Positions 15,285-22,059 of a stretch of 32,000 nucleotides of DNA are shown piece by piece; within the stretch, counting starts at the first letter, position 1, and every line of letters begins with the position of its first letter. The notes beneath the pieces were generated by a model. That model saw only the letters and a list, made by a program, of their open reading frames with translations. It was not told the origin of the DNA and made no database searches. The DNA comes from an archaeon GW2011_AR10 (GTDB taxonomy: Archaea; Iainarchaeota; Iainarchaeia; Iainarchaeales; GW2011-AR10). The translations under genes and the position numbers were made by a program. The DNA is taken from contig CP010424.1 of assembly GCA_000830275.1 (NCBI GenBank), forward strand, positions 1,050,001 to 1,082,000. Reading direction: 5' to 3'.

Positions 15285-16382
15285 ATGATGGGCATTTCAA
15301 AGGTCATTGATGAAGCGGTTTCCTTTATTCATTCGAACGAGCAGAGCAAGAAGGGAATTGCTGAAAAGCTCCTGCCGTTGAAAGGGAAAAAGATTTCTTT
15401 TCCCTCCAAGGAACTGTTAGAGGAACTGCTTGTTTTCCCAGTGCATGGAAAGCCCCTTGAAGGAAAAATAGCAGGCGTTGATTCTGGCTTTGTTGACAAA
15501 AAGCTTGCCTCAGTTGACCTAGTGCTTATTAGGGCAGTTGGGGTTTTGTTCGAATATGAGAAAGGCTTTTTCCGGAAAAGCTCTTATGTGCCGGGCCTTT
15601 ACTCTTTCCCAATGCCGCACCTCTCAAACCATGCATTAGAACTTGACGAGTTTGCCTGCAGCAAGAGCCTTCTCCGCTTAAGGGAAGAGGTTTCAACCGC
15701 AAGGGAAGTGATTGAAAAGTTTTCTCCCGAGTATTGTTTTCTTGACGGCAGCATTGTTCCGCAGTACCAGGACAAGCCGAGAAAAGATTCAGTAATCAAT
15801 GAACTCTACCATTCAATTGTAAGAGAGTTTGAGGATTTGTTTGAAACAGCAGAGAAAAACAAGTGCATTCTTGTCGGCTGTGTGGAGGATTCCAGGGGAA
15901 GCAGGTTCAGGAGCGTCCTCCAAGAGGAAGTGCTGCAGCATGAAAAGCTTTTGCCATCGGAAAAACTGGATTACCTTTTTGATTCAGCGCTTTTGGATTA
16001 CTTGTTAAGTGTCGGCGAGAGAACATGTGCGCTTCATTACACTAAAAACATTTCCCAGCATCCTATCCTGAACGATTTTGATGAGAAGTGGTCCAAAAAC
16101 ATTTTTTCTTTTTACTTGAAGCCATCGCTTTATGACAGGCCGTTAAGGGTTGAGTTCATTAATGGTGCAGGGAACTTAACTGAGAAATCCAGTAAAATTG
16201 CATCAGTTGTTTTTTCGCTCAGCAGCCTTCACCGAGAGTACGCTTTCCCCTCTGTTCTGATTGAAGCTGATTTGCGCGCCCGCCTCAGGCCGGAGGAAAT
16301 TGATGTTGTTGTGAACAAGATAATGGACAAGGTTGCAAAAAACGTTAAAATGAAGCTGCGCAGGGACAGCAGGCCGTTTTAG
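15285..16382 (+). CDS. nurA: NurA 5'-3' nuclease
   Basis: NurA-like acidic motifs are present: IAGVDSGF, CFLDGSIVP, VGCVEDSRGSRF and a C-terminal FPSVLIEADLRARL. The TATA-like TTATTTATATAG lies about 25 nt upstream. Confidence 0.75.
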   Translation: MMGISKVIDEAVSFIHSNEQSKKGIAEKLLPLKGKKISFPSKELLEELLVFPVHGKPLEGKIAGVDSGFVDKKLASVDLVLIRAVGVLFEYEKGFFRKSSYVPGLYSFPMPHLSNHALELDEFACSKSLLRLREEVSTAREVIEKFSPEYCFLDGSIVPQYQDKPRKDSVINELYHSIVREFEDLFETAEKNKCILVGCVEDSRGSRFRSVLQEEVLQHEKLLPSEKLDYLFDSALLDYLLSVGERTCALHYTKNISQHPILNDFDEKWSKNIFSFYLKPSLYDRPLRVEFINGAGNLTEKSSKIASVVFSLSSLHREYAFPSVLIEADLRARLRPEEIDVVVNKIMDKVAKNVKMKLRRDSRPF

Positions 16383-16921
16383 TGATGAAAATGCTGAAGC
16401 CTGAAAGATTTTCAGACGTGGATGAGGCGCTGTGCAGGAGCGCCTTGCCTTTAACTCCGGAAGAAATTGATTTCCTGCACTCTCATGGGGTGAAATCAAT
16501 TGTTTCAATGGAGTCAATGCCTAGGGAGGCTTTTGAGCGAGCAAAACATCTTGGAATAAAGGTTTTCAGCTTTCCACATGTAACATCTGATTCGCTGCCA
16601 ACGGAAAAGGAAGCAAAGCATTTCTTTCAAATAATTCAGTTAACCAAAAAAAGCAAAGGAAAGGTGCTGGTTCACTGCAATATGGGGAGGCAGCGCACAG
16701 GACTAATGGTTGCGGTTTACCTAACAGCAAAAGGTGAAAACCCTTTGAGAGCCTATCAGCTTGCGGGAACGGCCGAGGTTGAAGTTAAAGCGCCTCTTGC
16801 CAAGAACTCCAAAACTCTTAGAAGCATGTTCAAAGAAATAAGTGCTGCAATAAAAATGAAAAAAACGCTGAAACCGCCTGCAAAGAAAAACGCAACCCCT
16901 AAAAGAAGGAGGCTGAAGTAA
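16382..16921 (+). CDS. Cysteine-dependent (CX5R) PTP/dual-specificity phosphatase-fold protein with a Lys/Arg-rich tail
   Basis: The active-site motif VLVHCNMGRQRTG lies at 16664-16702. The upstream PHVTSDSLP may supply the general acid. The C-terminus is KMKKTLKPPAKKNATPKRRRLK. The GTG start overlaps the nurA TAG by 1 nt (TAGTG). Confidence 0.8.
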   Translation: MMKMLKPERFSDVDEALCRSALPLTPEEIDFLHSHGVKSIVSMESMPREAFERAKHLGIKVFSFPHVTSDSLPTEKEAKHFFQIIQLTKKSKGKVLVHCNMGRQRTGLMVAVYLTAKGENPLRAYQLAGTAEVEVKAPLAKNSKTLRSMFKEISAAIKMKKTLKPPAKKNATPKRRRLK

Positions 16922-17024
16922 TTGTTTATGGTGGAAAAATGCACAGGAAAGCAATCAGGGCACTAAGAAAATTTAAAAGCGATATTGGGAGAAAGCTTTC
17001 GAGGTTTGGCAGAGGCGGCAACAA

Positions 17025-17228
17025 ATGAAGGAAGAAAAATTTTTCAGGTTCTGCCCTAACTGCGGTTCAATGAATGTGAAGCCGCTTTATTTCGGCTTAA
17101 GCCAAGATTTTGCCGCTCATTCCCCTGAAATGAAGTGCATTGACTGCGGTTTTAATGGTTTTATTGTTGAGTCAACCGCTGAACAAATTGCGGCTTTCAG
17201 GAAGGAAATGAAGAGAAAGGTGCACTGA
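17025..17228 (+). CDS. Small 4-Cys zinc-ribbon protein
   Basis: CPNCGS ... CIDCGF motifs are present. Its stop TGA is directly followed by the herA ATG. The AATTTAAAAGCG box lies about 45 nt upstream. Confidence 0.6.
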   Translation: MKEEKFFRFCPNCGSMNVKPLYFGLSQDFAAHSPEMKCIDCGFNGFIVESTAEQIAAFRKEMKRKVH

Positions 17229-18767
17229 ATGAGTGAAGAAATAGGAACAGTTATAAGCGGTCAGGAAAGCCCCTCTCCTTCCAAGCTGGAATTTGTGGTG
17301 AACAAGGGACTGGTGCACAGGGGCCAGTTTGTGGAAATGGATTCAAGCGACGGAACTCTAGTGGCTTTAGTGGTTGACGTTTACAAAACCAACCGCTACT
17401 TTGAGAGGGCAGAATCCGTCAAGGAGTTTGAGGCATCCGGCAGAAAAATGTTTGAGCAGTTTCCAACAAGCGAATGGGAGTACCTTGTTGCGCAATCCCG
17501 GCTTCTTGGGGTTTACACTAATGAAGGCCTGATTAAGCGCCTGACTTTTCCGCCCAGCCCAGGCACCCGCGTCAGGCCAGCTGTTGCTTTAACAATGGAA
17601 AAGTTTCTCGGCTTCGAAAAAGATGGCCTGCAATTAGGAAGGGTTGAGCACCCTGAAATGCCTGTTGAATTGAACATGACCCGGCTGCTCAAAAAGCACC
17701 TTGCAATTCTTGCAATGAGTGGTGCAGGGAAAAGTGTGGCATCAAAAGTCATTCTTGAAGAGCTCTTAGATAGGGGCAAGGAAAAAGGGCGGATTGCAAT
17801 TGTTGTAATGGACCCTCATGGAGAATACACTTCCTTTGCTGAGCCCGCTGCCGGAAAGAAGAGCTTCAAGGACTATTCCTCTAAAACAATGGTTGTTAAG
17901 GCTCGGGACATCAGGATCGGCGTTCCAAAAATCAGTGTTGCAATGATTGCAAGCATTATTCCTGGCTTGAGCGCAACGCAGAGAAGGGAGCTGGAAAGAA
18001 TTCTCTCAAGGCTGAAGAATGAAATGAGGCAGGGCTTAGGCCCATTTGACTTGGCTACCTTAAGGAATTCCATTTCGCAGGATGAAGAAATAAAGGATGC
18101 AACAAAAGGCGTTCTTGTCAGCTGGATTTATTCACTCGAGGATCTGAGGCTATTTTCTAAAACTGATTCGCCTAGCATTAACGATGTTGTCAAGCAAGGA
18201 AAACTCACGGTTGTTGATTTGTCAGAAATAGTTGATATGAGAAAAAAGCAAATAATTGTCTCGTACTTTTCTTCCAAGTTGTTCAATGAGAGAAGGCAGG
18301 CCAGAATACCGCCGTTTCTTCTCGTGATAGAGGAAGCGCATCAGTTTTGCCCTGAGCGCACAAGAGAGGAAGCAGCAATTTCAAAGAAAATAATTGAAAC
18401 AATTGCAAGGGAAGGAAGAAAATTTGGTGCATCGCTTTGCCTTATTTCGCAGAGGCCGATTAATCTTTCAACTACTGCGTTGTCACAGTGCAACACGCAT
18501 CTCATATTGCGTGTCACAAACCCTTATGACTTAAAGCATATAGGCGAGAGCTCTGAGGGCATTGATTACAAGAGCCAAGAAATGATTACTTCGCTTAAAG
18601 TTGGTGAAGCTCTCATTGTTGGGGAAGCAGTTAATCAGCCGGTTTTTTTCAAGGTCAGAAAGAACAAATCAGCAGAATCAAAGCACGAGATTTCCTTGGA
18701 GGAAGCCGCACTGAAATTCGAGGAAGGAAAAGAGAAAGAATTAAAAGAAACTGAAGAGTTCTTATAG
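17229..18767 (+). CDS. herA: HerA hexameric DNA helicase/translocase (FtsK-HerA superfamily)
   Basis: The N-terminal barrel-like segment is GTVISGQESPSPSKLEFVV...GQFVEM. Walker A is AMSGAGKSV. Walker B is FLLVIEEAHQF. A later segment is GASLCLISQRP. The SD AAGGTG lies 6 nt upstream. Confidence 0.9.
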   Translation: MSEEIGTVISGQESPSPSKLEFVVNKGLVHRGQFVEMDSSDGTLVALVVDVYKTNRYFERAESVKEFEASGRKMFEQFPTSEWEYLVAQSRLLGVYTNEGLIKRLTFPPSPGTRVRPAVALTMEKFLGFEKDGLQLGRVEHPEMPVELNMTRLLKKHLAILAMSGAGKSVASKVILEELLDRGKEKGRIAIVVMDPHGEYTSFAEPAAGKKSFKDYSSKTMVVKARDIRIGVPKISVAMIASIIPGLSATQRRELERILSRLKNEMRQGLGPFDLATLRNSISQDEEIKDATKGVLVSWIYSLEDLRLFSKTDSPSINDVVKQGKLTVVDLSEIVDMRKKQIIVSYFSSKLFNERRQARIPPFLLVIEEAHQFCPERTREEAAISKKIIETIAREGRKFGASLCLISQRPINLSTTALSQCNTHLILRVTNPYDLKHIGESSEGIDYKSQEMITSLKVGEALIVGEAVNQPVFFKVRKNKSAESKHEISLEEAALKFEEGKEKELKETEEFL

Positions 18768-18768
18768 C

Positions 18769-19914
18769 ATGGCTTCGCTAGGGCTTTTTATTTTTGTAAT
18801 TGGCTTAGTTGTGCTAATAAAGGGTGCTGACCTGTTTGTTGAGGCAGCAGCCAAAATTTCAAGGCTTCTCGGGGTAAGCCCTTTTGTCATTGGCTTGACG
18901 CTGGTTGCAATTGGCACATCCTTGCCTGAGCTTGCAACATCCATAACGGCTTCTTTTTCTGGTAATCCTGATTTGATTATGGGAACAATTGTTGGAAGTA
19001 ACATTGCAAACATTTCGTTCATTGTTGCCATAACTATTTTGCTGGGTGGGGCAGTAAAGGTTGACAAAAAGATTTTTGAGAGTGATGCTTTCATAATGTT
19101 TCTTGCTTCAATTCTTTTGTTTTATTTCAGCTTGAATGGCGTGGTGGGCTTTTTTGAGGGGCTCTTTTTTCTTGTTGCGTTCATAGCCTACATGGCTTTG
19201 CTTTTCAAGTTGAAGCCTCGTTTTGAGCAGATTCTGGATTTCCAGCAATACCTTAAAATAATTTATGGGATGGGCTTGTTTTTGCTTAACCTGAAAATGT
19301 ACAGGGAAATAGTGAAGCATGGCCTTAACCCTGCAACTTACCGTGGCCTGCTTGAGGGGGACAAAGAAGACGATTTCGAGGGGCTATTTGGGAAAAAGCT
19401 TGAGAAAAAACGCACGAAAGAATTCATTGAGCAATACCGCAGTAAACTCATTAGCAGACTATTAAAACAGCTTATAATTTTCTTTTTTGCGGTCATCGGA
19501 GTATGGCTTGGCGCCAAGTTAACAGTTGACGGGGCAGTGGACATTGCAAGCTCCCTTAACATTTCAGAGGAGGTTATTGCTTTGACTGCGATTGCTGTTG
19601 GTACCTCGTTGCCTGAGCTTTCAGTGTCACTTTCCTCTGTGAGAAAAGGCTTTGACAGCATTTTTCTTGGCAACATTATCGGGAGCAACACTTCAAACAT
19701 CCTTCTTGTTCTGGGCATTTCGGCAATTATTCGGCCAATCCAGTTTTCACTAGCTTCCTTTGTTTTGCCTTTAGCAATAATGATTATTACTACAACTGCT
19801 CTGATGGTTTCAATTTACGGTGACTGGAAAATCAGCAGGCTTGAGGCCACAGCATTTCTCATTTTATATGGTGTTTTCCTTTACCTGACGTTTTTCTCCG
19901 CTGCTGCAGGGTGA
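18769..19914 (+). CDS. CaCA-family Na+/Ca2+ exchanger (YrbG-like)
   Basis: Two alpha-repeats are present, GTSLPELATSITA and GTSLPELSVSLSS, each followed by GSN(I/T)(A/S)NI. About 10 TM helices and a long charged central loop are apparent. Confidence 0.85.
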   Translation: MASLGLFIFVIGLVVLIKGADLFVEAAAKISRLLGVSPFVIGLTLVAIGTSLPELATSITASFSGNPDLIMGTIVGSNIANISFIVAITILLGGAVKVDKKIFESDAFIMFLASILLFYFSLNGVVGFFEGLFFLVAFIAYMALLFKLKPRFEQILDFQQYLKIIYGMGLFLLNLKMYREIVKHGLNPATYRGLLEGDKEDDFEGLFGKKLEKKRTKEFIEQYRSKLISRLLKQLIIFFFAVIGVWLGAKLTVDGAVDIASSLNISEEVIALTAIAVGTSLPELSVSLSSVRKGFDSIFLGNIIGSNTSNILLVLGISAIIRPIQFSLASFVLPLAIMIITTTALMVSIYGDWKISRLEATAFLILYGVFLYLTFFSAAAG

Positions 19915-20006
19915 AACCGCACCGGAAACGCGTTCAAGGAAAAATCGCATCGGAAATGCGCTCTCCTCCGTTTTTGTTTTTAAACCACGAAAACCATTCC
20001 CTTTGT

Positions 20007-21542
20007 ATGGCTCCCAATATTGTGTTCGTTTCGAACGCCTCTTACTTGCCCGAAAAAAGGCAAATTGTAGTTGAGTTCTCCAACAAGGATAAAAAAATTT
20101 CCAGGGGGTTCTCGTTTTTTCCTTTTGCTTTCATTTCAAGGCAGAGTGTTAGTGCCATAGCGCTCCATGAACTGGTTTTGCAGCATAACCACAAGCGGTT
20201 CAAGTTTGAGGTCTTGGATGATAGCTCCACAATGCTTGTGGCAGCAACTTTTGACGACTTAAAAATTATTTCAATTCTTTTAGAAGAAAAATTTGGCTTT
20301 AAGCCTTTGCTTCTTAACCCAGTTACACAGTTCTTTGCTGAAAGAAACTGGAGTTTCTTTGATTCCTTTCAGTTAATTGACGGCGAACTGGAAAAAGTTC
20401 ACGGCATTGAATTGCCTGCAACCGCTTCATTTTTCCAAGGCAATTCTGTTGAGGATTTATTTGGTGAGCTGCAGGAATCCGGCACTAATGCAGAAAAAGA
20501 ATTTATCCAAAAAATATGCCTTTCAAACATTTTAAGCGTGCCGCCGCAGCTTGTTCCAAGCGAATCATTTCTTCAGGCAGAAGCCCTTCTGGAAAAAATT
20601 TTTTTCAAGAGCCATTTTCCTGTTAATGTCAGAAAACCTGAAAAAGAGTTCAAGGAAAAAAGAGCTGAAATCAGGGGCTTGTTTTCTGATGTTGCAGAGT
20701 TAAGTTTTCAGGGGGTTTGGAGCACGCTTTTAACTTTTCCTTTTTTTAACCTCGGTTTTGAGTCAATAAACTGCTCTTGCTGCAAGCCAGATAGTGTTGA
20801 GGAAACAAACCTGCTGCCCAATTCACTGGTTAACTGCAGGTTTAATGTTGATGGCACGTACTTTGTTCCAACAATGGGTGACTGGGGCACAGAATTCCAC
20901 AATTCCAGGCCTTCGCAGGCTGAAAGAAACTTTTACAAAAAGGAATGGAACCTAAGCTCTTTTCCAGCAGGCCCTTTTTTCAGAGGGCAGCTTGAGCTCT
21001 TGCCTTTTCCTGATGCAGTGCTACTTAAAAGCAATGAAACTGTTTCATTTGCAAGTACTGGCCACATACTTAAATGGTTCTGTAAAAAACGCGAGTCATT
21101 CCTCTCAGTGGAAGTTTCTGCCCTAAACAGGCAAGCTGCCCTCCATCTCAAATCCCTTGAATCACTGAACAAGCAACTGATTTCTTCTCACGGCATTCTT
21201 TTCTCTTCAAGAGAAAAAACCGGTTTTGGTGTTGCTTTCAGGGAATCTTTTGCTGAATCAATTAATTCCTTGCTGTTTCAGCTGCCTGTGGTTTTGTCCT
21301 CAAAAAATTCAAGGTTTTACAGCTACGAGCTGGCAGAAGCACTAGACTGGATTCAGGCAAGTGTTCTTCAAAACTTCAAAGATTTTGCAGAAAAACAGGG
21401 CTCAAAGCAGATTCACCGCGATTCGAGCAGGGTTTTTGTCAAAACAAAAACCCCACTTCTGCTAGTGGAAAGGTTTTCCTCAAAGCAAGGCATTCCAAGG
21501 CCATTGGTAAAGAAAACCCTAAAAATAGCCTCCTTCGGCTGA
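20007..21542 (+). CDS. Truncated, catalytically inactivated family-B DNA polymerase-like protein
   Basis: By eye it is collinear with archaeal PolB. NIVFVSNASYLPEKRQIVVEF..FFPFAFI matches the N-terminal domain. AELSFQGVWSTLLTFPFFNLGFESINCSCC occupies the motif A position (DF.SLYPSII..hN.sp.T), but the Asp is missing. LISSHGILFSS matches the motif B region. RFYSYELAEALDWIQAS...KQIHRDSSRVFV occupies the motif C position (Y.DTDS), but DTD is replaced by RDS. Most of the exonuclease domain and the thumb are absent. The track ORF starts at GTG 19911, overlapping the CaCA stop. ATG 20007 is the more likely start. Confidence 0.55.
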   Translation: MAPNIVFVSNASYLPEKRQIVVEFSNKDKKISRGFSFFPFAFISRQSVSAIALHELVLQHNHKRFKFEVLDDSSTMLVAATFDDLKIISILLEEKFGFKPLLLNPVTQFFAERNWSFFDSFQLIDGELEKVHGIELPATASFFQGNSVEDLFGELQESGTNAEKEFIQKICLSNILSVPPQLVPSESFLQAEALLEKIFFKSHFPVNVRKPEKEFKEKRAEIRGLFSDVAELSFQGVWSTLLTFPFFNLGFESINCSCCKPDSVEETNLLPNSLVNCRFNVDGTYFVPTMGDWGTEFHNSRPSQAERNFYKKEWNLSSFPAGPFFRGQLELLPFPDAVLLKSNETVSFASTGHILKWFCKKRESFLSVEVSALNRQAALHLKSLESLNKQLISSHGILFSSREKTGFGVAFRESFAESINSLLFQLPVVLSSKNSRFYSYELAEALDWIQASVLQNFKDFAEKQGSKQIHRDSSRVFVKTKTPLLLVERFSSKQGIPRPLVKKTLKIASFG

Positions 21543-21562
21543 AACCTTTTAAGAAAAGGTTT
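21542..21562. repeat. 9-bp-arm palindrome AAACCTTTT-AAG-AAAAGGTTT directly at the PolB-like stop codon
   Basis: Read directly. Identical arms recur at 25177-25198, and a related palindrome lies at 6068-6085. Confidence 0.6.
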
Positions 21563-21610
21563 GCGAAAAGGGGCCTTCGGCTGAACCACGGCTTGTCAGG
21601 CATAAACGAA

Positions 21611-21622
21611 GCTTTTTTAATT
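21611..21622 (+). promoter_or_regulatory. TATA-like box GCTTTTTTAATT upstream of rpoK
   Basis: It has the same box type as the tRNA promoters. Its position favours the second ATG (21668) as the rpoK start. Confidence 0.4.
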
Positions 21623-21667
21623 TTTGTATAGATAATTATGTTCTATAAGCTGATTTTAGCGATCCCT

Positions 21668-21874
21668 ATGGAAGTTCTTACGAGATTCGAGAAAACTAGG
21701 CTGATTAGTGCGCGTGCACTCCAGTTATCTTTGGGGGCGCCCCCGTTCTTGAAGGCAAAAAAGGGGATGTCAATGCTTGATTTGGCTAACGAGGAGCTTA
21801 ACGCAAAACTTATTCCTTTGGCTATTTTAAGGCAGTTTCCCAGCGGAGAAGTAAAAAAAGTAGAGGTTTTTTGA
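21668..21874 (+). CDS. rpoK: RNA polymerase subunit K (Rpo6/omega-like)
   Basis: LTRFEKTRLISARALQLSLGAPP matches the Rpo6/RpoK core. The track ORF begins at 21638, but the TATA box at 21611-21622 would place the transcription start near or after that ATG. Confidence 0.85.
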   Translation: MEVLTRFEKTRLISARALQLSLGAPPFLKAKKGMSMLDLANEELNAKLIPLAILRQFPSGEVKKVEVF

Positions 21875-22057
21875 TTGGGCAAAGCGGTTCCAAAAAACAT
21901 TAAGGCAAGGGCAAGGTCCTTAATGGAGGCATTTCCTGATGTGTTTTCATCAGATTTTGAGAAAAACAAGGAGTTCTTGAATTCGCTTGGCTTGCCTTTC
22001 TTTAAGTCAACGCGAAACAACGTTGCTGGCTATATTTCAAGGCAAAAGCACAAGTAA
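21875..22057 (+). CDS. rps17e: Ribosomal protein eS17 (S17e)
   Basis: GKAVPKNIKARARSLMEAFPDVFSSDFEKNKEFL...RNNVAGYISR matches eS17. The TTG start immediately follows the rpoK TGA. Confidence 0.9.
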   Translation: MGKAVPKNIKARARSLMEAFPDVFSSDFEKNKEFLNSLGLPFFKSTRNNVAGYISRQKHK

Positions 22058-22059
22058 AC

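Noticed and set aside
16382-16425. C/D-box sRNA-like string: GTGATGA, then 12 nt, then CTGA, followed by TGGATGA.
   Set aside because: It lies at the start of the phosphatase CDS. No terminal D box (CTGA) is at the right distance and no terminal stem is present. It is most likely coincidental.
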